Notes under the pieces: model-generated | Databases searched by the model: none | Told to the model about the DNA's origin: nothing | What the model saw: the letters and a program-made list of their open reading frames with translations, nothing else | Position numbers and translations under genes: made by a program | Shown here: positions 23,951-37,550 of the stretch, piece after piece | Layout of the letters: every line of letters starts with the position of its first letter | How positions within the stretch are numbered: the first letter of the stretch is position 1 | Assembly (NCBI GenBank): GCA_013239625.1 | Contig: MU053416.1 | Span: 253,496-317,495 of the forward strand | Direction of reading: 5' to 3' | Length of the DNA: 64,000 nt | Origin: Lama guanicoe | Lineage: Eukaryota

Positions 23951-24170
23951 TCTGGCTGTAAAGCCCAGCTTCTCCTGGCAGAGACTTGGGAAAAGCGAGC
24001 GCCAATGCTGAGAATGCTTCTTTCTCCCCCCTCAGTGTTTCTGCCCCAGGTAAATGCCCTTAATGCTTTTTCTGGTGTTAGGATGGTGGTGCTTGTTGAT
24101 GTCTTGTGTTTTTATAGTGAGCGTGATCATTGTTGAAAGCAGGGCTTGGTTCACTTAAAAATGAGCTGAG

Positions 24171-24493
24171 GAGTAGGGACAGGGCTATACTTAATATGTT
24201 TGAGTTGTTCTGCAGGAGCTAAGGCCCCCACCCAGGTGGAGGATAGTAACTTCAGGCTGAGCACGAGATTCCTGGAACACGGCCCTATTACCTACCACCA
24301 ACTAGTCAGAAGAAAGTCACACACCTGGAAGCCGTCAAGCCTCATTTTGCCAATTAAAAACTTTACCCTAATAAAAAAAAAGAAAAAAATCACCTCAAAA
24401 ACCATCAAAGAGTTCAGGATTTTTGGGCACGAGCCACTGTTTTCCTTGTTTGGCCCTGCAGTAAAAACTTTCTCTACTCCAAAAACAAAAACA
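24171..24493 (+). mobile_element. 5'-truncated, polyadenylated ERV LTR (U3-R) fragment inserted by L1-type TPRT, unit A only
   Basis: AGTAAA at 24460, A-tail from 24481, TSD aaaaatgagctgag (24157-24170) / aaaaaagagatgag (24494-24507), TT/AAAA site; empty site at 46457-46470. Confidence 0.8.
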
Positions 24494-25374
24494 AAAAAAG
24501 AGATGAGGGCATGAGGCTGTGACATTCTCCATCCTCCCCTCTCCCAGGGTGAAACATGTGACAGTTGATTTTAAAAAAATATAGTCCTTAACTAGTCCAG
24601 CCCAACTAGTGTGTGTTAACAGGAGCAGAACATCAGAGGCATTTTGGAGACCCAGGAACATTGCAGTCCTAAAGGTCTCCTGGCAAATTTTTGTTTGGTT
24701 TTGTTTTTTTGTTTTTCTTAAATTGTGGGGCAGACTAGTAATATAGAGGGGAAAAATAGTGACACAGAAATATTTTTTCGTAGAACAGCTTTATTGAGCT
24801 ATTGTTCACACATTGTGAATTCCACTCATTTAAATGGTACAATTCAGTGGCTTTTAGTATATTCCCAGTGGTGCAACCATTATTATTCCACAACGTTTTC
24901 ATCACTTCAGAAAGAACAGTGGAAATGAATGATCTATCCACCCCTCCCCAGTGGTGGTTCTAAAGAAGTTCCCTGGTTGTTCCTGATCCTAAATTAATTT
25001 GCTACATTCCATAAAAAATCTGGTAGGAATTTAATCAGAATTGCATTGAATCTATATATCAGAAAAGGAAGAATTAATGTCTTTATGGTATAAACTTTTT
25101 CTACCCATAAATGTATCTGGGACCCTATCTTTTCATCTGTCCAGAGCCTGGCCTATGGAAAGTCTTCACTAATTTGTTGGGTCTGTGAATAATGAGATTA
25201 TATATATCATTGGTTGCAACTGTAGCTTTTCACAAAAGAGAAAAGTAACCTCAGTGAAGCCAAGTGACTCTGTGATGGTCAGGAGTGACAGACATTGCTG
25301 GAGTGATCGAATGGACTTGGTGCTTGCAACCAGTGTTTTCCACCACCTACAGCTAAAAGGATTACAGTGTTCTT

Positions 25375-25417
<43 letters not shown>

Positions 25418-25690
25418 TTTGTAAAATTCTTATTATTTATTCAAGTGTAATCGGTTTACAATATTAGTTTCAGGTGTACAGCAGAGATTCAGTTATATAT
25501 ATGCATATGTACATGTATATTTTTCAGATTGTTTTCAGTACAACTCATTACAAGAAATTGAATACAGTTCCCTGTGCTATTCAGTAGGTCCTTGTCATTT
25601 ATATATTTTATATATAGTGATGTGTATCTGACCACACTAAACTCCTAAACTGTCCCTCCCTCTTTCCCACTTGCTAACCACAGTTTGCTA
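25375..25690 (-). mobile_element. L1 3' end with (TTTA)n tail; paralog at ~47355-47650
   Basis: tttcaggtgtacagcagagattcagttatat...gttccctgtgctattcagtaggtccttg. Confidence 0.85.
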
Positions 25691-27904
25691 TGTCCGTGAG
25701 TATTTCTAGCAGCATCCTTTTGGCTAGTAATATATGCTGGTTGGCTGCCTTCATTTTCAGTAATTCCATCTTATCTGTGGGCATTTTTCTTCTGGTGGGC
25801 CTGCATGTGCTTTGCACACGTGTTCATAGAGATCTGTATTTGGGAGAACTCCAGGCCTCGTGTAGTGCCTGGCACGGAGCTCCCGCTGAGCTCATGCTTG
25901 AACTGGGAAAAACCATATAAAAGTTGAAATTTCCACTGTGGTTGAGACTTCCAGGTTTCTATAACCTGTTTAGCCCACCTTAATATTGGCGTCTCCCATA
26001 CTGGATAATTTGGTGGAACTTCATGGTACAACGGTGAAGAGAGAGGGCTTGTATGCTTCTTCTCTTTCCGCTTTCTTACACTCATTCTCCTGGGCCTCCC
26101 ACATCCTTCCCTGGCAGTGCCCAGGGCTGGCTTGGTGCTGCGGTGAGGCAAGATTTGTAAATAAGGCCATTTCCTCATCTCTTCCGAGCTTCCGTTTTCT
26201 TCTCAGCACGATGAGGGCTTAGACTAGATAAGTGCTTTTTGGTTTCTTTTAAACCCTTGTCTCCTTTTGAGAAACAGAGAACTCAAATCTCTGCTCCAAC
26301 CCTAATTCTTCAGATTTTGATACATCCTCCAAGGGGTGACACAGCTCTTTGTGGAAAGTTAATGTGACTTTGATTCTTTCCAGGTAGCACAGAAAAGACT
26401 TAAGAGATTTATTGCAGGGAGGGGGCAGGAGGCGGGCAGTATGTCACACTTTCTAGTGTGAGAACTGGAGCAGGGTCTTGGATTTAAATACAGCCTGTGA
26501 CGTGGTCTCTCTCTAATCTTGCACAATGTGATAAACCTCTCTTTTCCTCCATTTCTTCATGTGTCAAGTTGGAGTGATATTATTTTAGGTTTTCGTGAAA
26601 CAATATACACATAAGCCAATTGTTTCTCAGTAGAAACCTGACCTGTTAGAGAATCAGGGGTTTCTTTGAAAAAAAAATCTTGTCCATAGCACTCGGTCTA
26701 TGTGTAATTTGTATTTCCTGGAATGTGTGGGTTGAGACTAAGTTCCATCATGGGACAGGCGGCCCCTGGGTCTGGCGGCCCCAGTTTCCTCCTCCTCCCC
26801 AGTTCTCTTCCTCTCAGTCCAGGATGACGTTCCTGCCATTAGAATTACGCAGACTTCTTGTGGATATGGCTTTTAATTTTATTGTTTCACTGGGGAGGGC
26901 TGCTGTCGTATTTTCTGTGGTCAGGTTTTGGTGACCTGAAGGCTATGCAATCGGGTATTCCTATTTAAGTATAAGAAAAGAAAGTTACAAATACAAAATT
27001 AGACCTAGAGTGGAGGCACGGGCTCTTGGAAGTGGGGACCATTAGCTTTGTTAGCTTCAGGTGCAGTGGCCTCTAGCCATGAGGAACCATCCTTGTGCTC
27101 TTGAGTTGGAGGGACCAGTGGGCTCGGTGGGAATGTTTACTGAGTGTATCTCATGGACTGTGCATTGTCCTATTTGTACTGTGTGTTCCCTATTTAAGAC
27201 AGTGAGCTCATTTAATCTCAATAGCATCTTTAATAAAATTGGGCTTTTTATTTTGAGATGTAAAGTTGATTTCCATGCAGTTGTAAGAGATAATATGGAG
27301 AGAGCCTACGGACTCTTTGCCCAATTTTCTTTCATGATTCCATCTTGGAAAATTGTAGTACAATTTGTTATTGACTCACTAACCCTTTGAGGTTTGTGTT
27401 ATTACTCCCATTTCTATTCGTGAATAAACTGGGGTTTAGAGAAGCACACAGGCCTGCCCAGGTCACCCACATGGTTAGTATACAGTCGGGTGGAACGTGG
27501 GCTAAGGATTTCCAGGTAGTACCATTGTGATGGTCTGTGGCAGGGGCAGCATTCACTTGCGTGTTTATTCATTCATTCAACAAACATTTATTGAGTAACC
27601 TCTGTGGGAAAGATGCTTTCATATGGTTATCTAATTCTTCAGCAGTACTGAGAATCAGGTAATGCTTTCTTTTTTTTAATCTGAGAAATTTAGCTCTGAG
27701 AGGTTATAACCCCCCACAAAGGAAATATAGCTCATAAAGGAGGGATAGTAAATGTGTACAGTCCCCTATTTTTATGCAAATTGTACCCTAGGCACTTTAC
27801 ATTTGCAAATTTCCATAATCCAGATATATTCTTGTAAGGCAAGGATTTTTTTTTTAGTTTAAGTATAGTCAAGTTTACAATGTTGTGTCAATCGCAAGGT
27901 CTTT

Positions 27905-28056
27905 TTTTGAATTTTGAATTAAAAATTAATATTTGATGTGGGGCAATTAGGTTTATTTATTTGCTTCACTTTTTTTAATGGAGGTACTGGAGATTGAACC
28001 TAGGACCTCATACATGCTAAATATGGGATCTGCCACAGAACTTTACCCTCCACCCC
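27905..28056 (-). mobile_element. vic-1-type SINE, shared with unit B (49895-50039); a ~45-bp L1 3' stub adjoins its tail (27846-27893)
   Basis: ttttaatggaggtactggagattgaacctagg...ccctccacccc. Confidence 0.85.
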
Positions 28057-28487
28057 AAGGAAAGTTTTCTTATCCATTATTCTGCAGCTTAAGAGTTCAA
28101 GTAAATTGGAATTGAAATCCGGATCTTTTGATCCCACTGTGGTTCTTTTCTTTATATTCTGCTGAAGGGGGGTGGGGAAAGCAGTTCCTTTGTTCATTCC
28201 TTTATTAAGCATTTTTGAGCACTGACTTTGCATCAGGGCCTGGCTAGGTGTTGGAAACTGAAAGCAAGAAATGACCCTTTCCTGCAAGGGCTGGAAGCCT
28301 AGACCAAAAGCTGGGTAATGTGATCCAAGCTATGGAAACCATGTGCAGATGCTGAGGACAAACTGTACCCCTGGCTTTGCTTGGGCTTCCCTGCCTTACG
28401 GCTGCTACACACCAGGTCACCACATCCCAGAGGGGCCTGCAGCCCACAGCAGAGTGTGTACCTCAGTCTCCTCTCCCCTTTCAGCAG

Positions 28488-29054
28488 GGCCTGCAACATG
28501 AGCATCCCTACTAAGTGCAGTGTGCTGAGGACAACCAGAATCTCCCTGTGGTGGTCCAACCTGTTGGGGGTCATCTCAGAGGAGAATTTCTATTGCATCT
28601 GTAAGTGAATCTCCTCGGTGAGCAAGATCATCCCGTGCGGCTCCCAGTAGGCACTCTGGATCCACTAGAGTCACCACTACATGCCCAAGAATGGGTGGAG
28701 CGACTTCCAGACCCATCGCAAGGTCATGGGCCTTGTCACCATCACCGACTGCCTCTTGGACAAGACATTCGAGAAGCTCCACTTGCAGAGAAGCTGTATG
28801 GCACCATGCTTAATGACTCTCAGCTCTTTGTGCTGCATGGGGAGCTAGCCGAGCCGCCACGGGCCGACATGGCCTTCAATCTATGAGGACTGCAGGGTGG
28901 TGGAGAAGAGGATTAAGGACTTCACTGAGTCACTCTTCATCATGCTCAAGTCCAAGTGGCTGGACGGGGCCCCTGACAAGTCTGAGGACAAGATCCCCCT
29001 CCTCTGCATCCTGTTTGAGAAGGAGGACTTCATGGGACTGGACACAGACAGCAG
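28488..29054 (+). pseudogene. TRAPPC9: TRAPPC9 exon 2 (first coding exon) pseudo-copy A
   Basis: cagcag| acceptor, ATG 28498, fragments [80 protein letters not shown], donor |gtaagt; frameshift after codon 4, TGA at 28606. Confidence 0.97.
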
Positions 29055-32000
29055 GTAAGTCCACCTGGAGGCTGGCTGCCCTGGCTGTGTGCCGGGTTGC
29101 TTCCATACATCCAGAAAGGGATTGGTAAGGAGGAAGGCTGTCTTGAAGCCAAGGGGAGAGGGAGGAGCAGCCCGCCAGTTTTCAGACATTTAAAAGTGAA
29201 TCCACCTTTGTTTCAGAGAAATCCTTTTAAGGTTAGTGTGGACACTTACTCTCTCTTTTCAGCCAGGACCCCTGGTGGGACCCCTGGAGTTGCTGTCCAA
29301 TAGAGTAGCCACAGCCACAGATGCTAGGAGCACTGCAGGTTTCTAATTTTTGCTTGTTCCTCATTTTTTCTTTTTTCTGTTTTCTCTCGGACCTCCCTGT
29401 GAGCATGTTGTTGGGTCTGAAAATGTGGTCTGTGCACACCCTGCATTGGAAATAGCAAGATTGCCCTCTGTGCTGCCTCCATCACTTTAAAAACAAAAAC
29501 TTAACGATTGCCTTGATTCATGTATTATCTCAGTCATGTTTTTATTTTCTAATTTTTTGGAATTTTTGCTTTGTTAGCATGTCACCTGCTGGTGTTTGAT
29601 ACCTGGTAGAATCCTTGCTTTGAGAAACATGTTTGGTCCTCCTTACATTTGGTGACAAATGAGCCCTTATTAATTTTGTTTGTTTTGAGGAGGTGAGATG
29701 CAAACTGGTTTAGGCGGCTTCTGAGGGATTTTTTCATGGGTATTTTCACTTGGAAAGTCATAGTCTGCAGCACCTTGGTTGATTCTGGCTTTTACACAAA
29801 TGTGCTCGGCACGCGGTTCCTGGCTATCGCTTTGTGACGTGCGTGACTGTGCTTCCAGGCCGGTGGTCACTGGTGAGGAAGTGGCCGGCTCGGGGGTGAG
29901 CAGCTGCAGGGGACACTGTTGGAGGAAGCAGTCACCGGGTTTTCTTTTGCTTTTGCCTTCCCCATGCCATTTACTTTACTTTGTACTTGTAAAGGGGCAG
30001 AAGTGGGTCTAAAATCCATGTCACTTTTACTCCCTTTACGAGGCTGGTTTCTCTGAGTATCAGGACAATGTGGCCTTCTGCTAAGTAGCTGACTCACCTG
30101 GATCTGGTGGACACAGGGACCACTAAAGAGGACAGTAGCTTCCTCTCTGCTTCAACCAGTGAGCATTCAGAGCCAGGTCTGTGGCTTGCCTTAGCAGCCA
30201 TGCAGGCCTCCCTGCCCTGGCCTTTACTTTAAACCCAAGTTGGCAGTAAAAAGCTGACTCTGTGTCTGTTGCAGCTGACGTCCACCACGGACGGCCGTGT
30301 CGTTAGTTTGCGGTAGTAAGACTCCAACACCCCAGTCAGCCATGAAGGTAGATGCTTCGGCCGACCTAGGACCTTGCATTTTCACCCCCCAAGCTGGTTC
30401 ATCTCACCCGGGGGAAGGGTTTGGCCACCACCTTCATGCTGGTCATGAAACCTTGTTTCTCCTTTCATGCTGTGGTCCAAATGTGAACACTTCACCCTTC
30501 ACTGACTTGGTCTCACTTCAGACAGGCCAGACTTTCTGAAACAGTCCATCACAATCTGGGAGGGAACAGAACAGAAGTTAATTGTCACAAGTAGAAGGAG
30601 TCTAGGCTGTCTGAGTTGGCAATTGCAGGCTGGGATCTGTGATGGCTGTGCTGTGCCCTGGACACAGGCCTTTCCCGTGGCTCCTGAGAGCCCAGGGGTC
30701 GGAGGGAGAACAGCCTTGCCTGGGTTCCTCCATCCTCACCTGCTCACTGACATGTGTGTCTGCTAACCAGGAGCTCCCCCAGACCTCAGGCCCTTTGAAG
30801 TTCAGACCATGGGAGAACACTGAGTCCCATCTCCTGGGCCTCCTTTGTGAGGATCCAGTGCCTTCTGAGGTGACACGTGCCAGGAAATGCCTCCCCCTCC
30901 AGGGAGCACCCTTCAGAGGACTGTGACTCACTGCACCTTGCTGTGAGCTTGTGGGGTTCCGGCTGTGGTCCCTGCAGAACCAGACTTGAGATGGGATTAA
31001 TGACCGAAATGACAGGACCGATTCCAGGGCAGGGCTGGGGTGAGGGAACAGGGGAAATTGAATGTGACCTCAAACACCTAGGTGGGTGCTGGGGCTGTTA
31101 CTAAAATGGGGACCTGGGAGTTACCTGCAAGGGGTTGAATTCCATAGTAAATGATGGACATGAGGCATTTTAAGATGCCATTTGTCATCCGAGTTGTGAA
31201 TTCAAAGAGGCACTCTGGTCTATGAGTCTTGGGCTCAGGTGAAGGAGCCAGACTAGAGTTACACGTTGGAAGTCGTCATTCTTAGCTGGTGTTCACAGCC
31301 TTGCATGTGGATGAGCTCATTTCGAGATGTACAGACTGAGGCTGAGGGAGGGCAGGGCTGTGCCTGGTCTGGAGGAAAGCCCAGACCATGCTGCTTTGGT
31401 GTGTGAGTCAAGCGTTTGCGATTTTCAGAGCAATGCCATTTATCATCAAGGGGCCGGTGAGGGGGGCGGTGCCGCCCAGGAAGAAATCAGAAGGGAGGGT
31501 TGTGGCTACATGTGCATCTCAGGAAGATGCGGAAGCCACAAGATCTGTGCGGGACACCTCCTCAGAAGCTGGAATTGCAGTGGGGAGTAGGGAGAAGCTA
31601 GTCACACTCACCTGTGAGGGAGGGAGGGAGGCCTGGGGAGCCCCAACCTCAGCGGACTCGCTTTCCGCTTTCCACGTACAAAAGGTGATCAGACAGAGAA
31701 TCTGAGGTGAGAGGGGATGGGGATTGGGAGGGGAGCCAACCTGGAGAATGGTGTTTGGACAGTTCTGTAATATTCTCCCTGCCAAGTAGACTTAAAAAAT
31801 AATGAAACTCTTAAGAACACGGATAGTGACTAGGGAGGAGGCAGTTCTTTTTCTGGCCCTCTAAGTGTAAGGCATGTGTCCAGGGATACACAGATGTATC
31901 GGGCTGTCTGTCCCAGGGACTTGATCCTTATAGGGGGAACAGTACAAGTTTAAATGGGGAGAAGGGCAGCAGAGGGAAACTATCCAGGTCCCGTGTCAGG

Positions 32001-34081
32001 TACCAGTTGGCCGCCCTACTTGCATGTTGCATTCACATCCATGCCTCCCAGGTGGGTGGTGGCAGCCCCCTTTTGCAGATTGGCAAGCCTTCTTAGAAGG
32101 GTTAAGGTATTGGTGTATTTAGTGGCTAGTAAATGCTGTAGCAGGATTCAAGCAGGGCCTTGTCAGTCTTCAAGGGAGGGTTTTTTCTTGTAATTCCGGT
32201 ACCTCCCTGTTGTACATGGAATGGTGAAGTGAGTCAATTTTGGAGCCTTTCAGAAAAAGTGTGATTTAAGTGCCTCCGGGCTGTTTTCACAAAGCCTAGT
32301 GTTCTTTGATGGTTTGGAAGCACCTCAGTGCTTTACACCCCATAGATGTAAGGTCTTACTCCTTTGATGATGATGTGGCTTCAAATGATGTACAGGTGCA
32401 AAACAAGACTTAGCAGCTTCTGAAGGGAAACTCTCCAGTTCTCCCTTGATCGGCTTTCTTCTGTGGGATGTAACTGTGCTGCAGCCTAGGTCTGAGCTTT
32501 CCATATGGAGTGAGGATTTGGTATCCAATGCTAACATAAACTGATCAGATGGAGAAAATCGACGTTGACAGTTTATTTTTGGGTTTCATTAGACAAGATG
32601 CACTATCAGTTAATGGCCCATATAACGTATGAAATTGAGTACAGAACTTTGCATTTCTTACTTTCTACTTAGAGCTGTCTTCGAACTTAAGGTTGTCTGC
32701 TTTGGAACTTCAGCTCCACCACCAGGACACCTGTCAGTGTGTTGGTGTGATTGCATTTAAACAGTGCATGTAATCTTGGCTTTCTTGGTCCCAAATGCTC
32801 CAGTGCAGAATCAAGGGCTGTAGTCATCACTTAGTCATGCAAATACTTCTAAAACTATATGTTGCCAAAAAAAAAAAAGGAGACAGAGAGAAATTATCTT
32901 TATCAAAGTTCCTTTGGATTCTAACTGCAAACTGTTGTTGAGCAGCTGTGGTTTCCTTTGCATATGAGTACATACGTTTCTTTGCATGTAACCTGGGGTT
33001 TGGACTAGAACACCAAGCTCTTGCTGTCCACAAGCCACAAAAATAGTAGCCAAATTGCACACATATGAAATATTTTATTCTTTTTTCCGAGAAAGACTCC
33101 TTGAATTTGGGACTTGGGCTGTGATTTTAGGTTTTTGCTTCTCCCACCCCTCTTATCATCTCTCACTCCTTTTTCCCACGTGGCCTTCAAGAGTTTGTGG
33201 TCTCAAAGGAGCAGGTGGACCAACACCCAGTTGGTCATTATGCAGTGCTGCTGTAGAGGGAGCCTAGCCAAGAGCTAAAGGACATTATCAGAGAGGACTT
33301 CCTAGAGGAAATGGACTCTACATTCAGTTGTGAGGACAGAGTAAGAATCAGCCAGGAGAAGGGGTCAAAAGGGTGACTCATGTGGCAGGAGCAGCCCGGG
33401 CAGAATCCTGGAGGCTTATGGGTGGGGACTCGGGGAGGGTGCCCTGTGTGGTCCAGGGTGGAGGGTCCCCTGTTGGGGAGTACACTGGAGAGGGCCTGGG
33501 GTGGAGGGCATTGGAGGAGCTTCTTTTTTTCTAGAGCTGACAGAGAAGGCAGTGAAGGTTGTCAGCAGGAAGTGACCCTCAGGGAAGGTACTCCTGGTGT
33601 TGCTTCTGATGTTCTACAGAAAGCTAGGGTCGGGACCGGTGAGAGCAGGTCTGTCTGTCACTTTGAGACTCACCCTTTCATTCATTTATTCATAACATGC
33701 GCACTTCTAAGTGTTTAGGGGAGAGGGGTGAAGCGACAGTAGTAAGCAAAATGTACTTGCTTCTTGCAAGCTTAGCAGTGTCAGAAGTTGATTTAGCTTG
33801 GAATGTTCTAGGAACACAGCAGGGAAACTTAAACCAAAGTGCGGGGATTTGAGGCAGGGAAGGTTTCTTTAGGAAACAGAATCAGAATGAGACCGGAGGC
33901 AGGTGGGAAGTAGCTAGGCATCAGGTCAGGGGGCCCCTGAGGTCACTGGAGACCCAGGTACTGCGGTGAGGCTGGGCGATGAGAGGCAGGGGGGTGGAGC
34001 TAGAACTGTACCAGCGAACCTCTGAAGTGTTTCAGTGGAGGAGTGATGTAATCAGATTTGTGATTTGGGAAAGCTGCCCCT

Positions 34082-34172
34082 GCTCTTTCTCTCTCTCTCT
34101 CTCTCTCTCTTGCTGTCTCCCTCTCTCGCTCTCGCTCTTGCTCTCTTTCATGTGTGTGTGTGTGTGTGTGTG
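34082..34172. repeat. Compound (CT)n-(GT)n microsatellite, much shorter in unit B (~58095-58115)
   Basis: Read directly. Confidence 0.9.
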
Positions 34173-35316
34173 TAGCAGGGGGTAGTGGGTGGGTGCCACT
34201 TAGTGGGACAGTCATTAGAAGACCACTCACAGGCTGGGAGGCGACCAGTGGAGAGGGGCGTCAGGGCTGCGTGGGGACAACAGGGACAGTGTAGATGTAA
34301 TATTTCCTTATGGGGAGGGCTTGTTAGTGGGGCCGCCCTTGCAGCGCCTTGTGGCTGGAAGAAAGCAGATTGTGGCAGCCAGGCTGACTTTCCTCTTCTG
34401 TCCTTCCCTGCCTTGTGTGATGGTCTTAGCTCAGCCAATATTTGGAACACAAGAGCTAAGTTCCAGGGTAGCCCAGGACTCTGTTGAGCTCGTTCAAGTG
34501 AGATCTGATAGGATTAAGTTTGTATTGAGATCTGCACGTTCACTTAGCTAGAAATTTACCGTCTTTTGCATTTCCATACGGGTTTTTATTCTTGATAAAG
34601 ATTGCTTTCTTAGTGAAAGGAAATTGAATATAGCTGCTGTTTTTCTCAAAAATATCTTTTCTTTAAAGAAATTTAATATTCAAAAGAATAGGAATATTCT
34701 GAAATGATAAAATAAGGCTTCGGTGTAGTTTCTTTTGTTTCAGAGTTGACACGGAATTAGAGCCTTTGCATTACTTAATAGCACATCCTTGTCAGTATTT
34801 AAAGAGCTGTTAGTGAGCGCCCCAGGCCCCAGCTCTCAAAGCACCATTAAAGCTTGCTCTGGAATTGTGAATTTGTAAAGATCTTGTTTGCAGAATACAA
34901 ACGGTTTATAATGTGCAGCATAGCTCTTTTTATAAAATAATAGGTTAAAAGTTAAGAAACTAGAAGATAGATAATAAAGATGAAACATAAACATTCTTGT
35001 GTTAATGTTGCAACTGGAAATTTTGAAAAGAAATATCCTTCTGCAATATCATCTACATGAAATACTTACATGTCTATCACATTTGAAAAATAACTACGCA
35101 GTGTTTTTCGAAGTCAGGAAGATTCCAGCTCAGATGCTGGCAGTGATGGTTGCTGGTTTTCAATTGTAGAGTCGAAATTTGCCTTCTTTGCTTTTTTTTT
35201 TTTTTTTTTGTAGTGAGAGAGTTGAGTAGTGCTTTGCCAAAATGCTTTCGGGGCAATTTTGGGGCAGACATCTTGTGCACCATCAGTGAGACATTTCTGT
35301 GCATTTTACTTTCTGG

Positions 35317-35447
35317 ACATCACCAGGGCGCAAGCAGAAACACGAAGGGATTTGTGCCTGCAGGCCAGGATGCTTCAGGGCTCCCTGGTCCATCACCATT
35401 TTTTCTGGAGCTGCTCCGGTCATTGAATGACTTTCTGTGGCTTGGAG
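35317..35447 (+). pseudogene. TRAPPC9: TRAPPC9 exon 3 pseudo-copy A
   Basis: DLCLQARMLQGSLVHHH / ELLRSLNDFLWLG versus recalled [33 protein letters not shown]; acceptor AG->GG, frameshifts, donor GAG|gtaagg. Confidence 0.95.
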
Positions 35448-36039
35448 GTAAGGTGGTCTGATGCAGATGATCAGATGTGTAGTTAAAGTGCTGTTACTTG
35501 AAATAAGAGAAAACCTTGAAATACAGCTCTAAAAATACAGGATGAGGGAGGAGATTTGACTGAGCTGCTAGTAGTGGGGAGTCTTCTCAGGTGACTCCCT
35601 CACCGTGATTCCTGCCAATATCCGCCCCAGCCCTGCAGGGTAGTCCTGCTGAAGCAAGCATGACCTTTGCTCAGAAATGTGCTGAATTTTCTTGTGTCTC
35701 TGTGTGTTAGCTTTTTTAAAGCACATCTTGCCCTTTGCTTTGAATGAAATTCTTGTTAGGAACCTCTTACACTCATTCTTCCAGACCTTGTCCATATATA
35801 GCTGCTGAGTGGATGAACAGAATAAAATATCTCCATGTAGTGGAGTATTATTAAGACATAAGAATGAATAAAAAAGAAAAAAAGTGGGGGGGGGATGAAA
35901 AAGGCCACTTGCTCTTGGAAGTCCACCCTGACGGCTCAACCCGCCCTTTTCCCTTTGAAACCCCACCCCTTATACTTCTCTCTATTTGATAGTATTTATC
36001 ACCTTCTTATAAACTACAACCTTTAAAAAAAATAAGATG

Positions 36040-36372
36040 CTAATACCACTTTGAAATGGATGACCGTTAATAACAGCATGTTAAGTAAAAGGAGCCAGAC
36101 ACAAAAGGCCACATATTGTTGATTTCAGGGATCTGAAATGTCCAGAATAGGCACATGCAGAGGCAGAGAGCAGATGATGCTTGTGAGGGGCTGACTGGAT
36201 AGGGGGATGGGGAGTGACTGCTAATGGACAGGGGATTTCTTTTGGGGTGATGGAGTGTTCTGGAGATAGATGATGGTAAGGGCTGCACAACCGTGAATAT
36301 ACAGAAAGTTGCTGAATCATACCCCTTTAAGTGGGTGAGTTTTATTATATGTGAATTATATCTCAATTATAA
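36040..36372 (+). mobile_element. Old L1MB-type 3' end; truncated paralog ~59950-60225
   Basis: aaaaggagccagacacaaaaggccacatatt...agtgactgctaatgg...tgtgaattatatctcaatt. Confidence 0.8.
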
Positions 36373-37049
36373 AACACTGGAAAAAAAAACTCAGTCGAAG
36401 GACAGCCTCTCCTGGGCCTGCCCCACAGTGGGTTCTGCCAGTCTCCCTCTGTGCTTGAGATGCTTGTGACAGTTTTCTCCTGCAGGGACTGTCTCCTGGA
36501 GGTGGGAGCGGGAGGCATGGTCCATGTGTCTCCATCATCTATCATGTTGCAGATGTTCCCTAAATGCTTGTTAATAAATGCTCTGGAAGTAAGGACTAAA
36601 ATGGGGCTCTTTCCTGGAAGAAGCTGTCAGCTCAGAGGGCCTGCCAGTCACTTAGGATAAATATGGGTCAGAGTGAAGTAACAAAATTCTCTGATAGAAG
36701 TTTAACAACGAGCTGTAGTATGCACTAAGTAGAAGAGATTCTTGAATGGACTTACATTTCCTAATTTGGCTTCTTAAAGAGTAGAAAGAAATAAAAGTGG
36801 GAAAGAGAAGAAATCAATGCAAAAGAAAAGAGAAAACATGTAAAATAATTAAGCTGAATGAGAAAAGGAAATGATGGGAGCTTGAGTACATTGTATTTAA
36901 AGAGAAGTCTGTAAATCCTTGTGACTGGTGGCTGGAGGGTAGCTGTGAGATTGGGCACTTCTCCAGGATGAGAACCCACCTGGGACCCTGACCCACATGG
37001 TGGTGAATGGCTGTCAGCTTCCTGCAGAGAACGGTGTCCTGTGTTCTTG

Positions 37050-37550
37050 GCCTGTCACCTTCAGTCTATTGGAAAGGTACAGTGGAGCTTTCCGGGGGCT
37101 CCACGACGTGCGACACCATAGCAGATGGAGGGCAGAAGTGCTTGTGGGGACCCGGCTCACTTGTGTTGAGCCAGACGGTAAGGAAATTTGTAGAACTGTA
37201 AAACGATACCACTCTTCTGGCGTTTTGTTTTGGAAAATAGTTATCCTTCATAAAAATTTAACATTTATTGCGCTTATTATTTTAATAGGAATGAATACAT
37301 AAAGTTTTAAATCCTTCTCTATTTTTCTTCATTTTTTTAATGGAGGTACTGGGGATTGAACCCAGGACCTCTTGCATGCTAAGCATGTGCTCTATCCCTG
37401 AGCCATATCCCTCTCCCCTAGTTTTACTTTTGAATATGGTAAGTATCTGTAGGTATAACCTGCACACACACACAAAAGCACTCTTTGAGATCCTCAGTGA
37501 CTTTTCAGAGTGTCAGGGAGATCTAAGACCAAAAAGTTGGAGGCCCACAG
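37050..37550 (-). mobile_element. Charlie1-type hAT relic interrupted by a vic-1 SINE (37320-37418, minus)
   Basis: ccactcttc...ttttggaaaatagttat...aagcactctttgagatcctcag...gaccaaaaagttgg; SINE ggaggtactggggattgaacccaggacc. Confidence 0.65.

Noticed and set aside
32364..32425. C/D-box snoRNA (TGATGA...CTGA) or micro-exon, present in both units
   Set aside because: Under ~60 nt, no convincing terminal stem, weak donor; presence in both units is explained by the duplication
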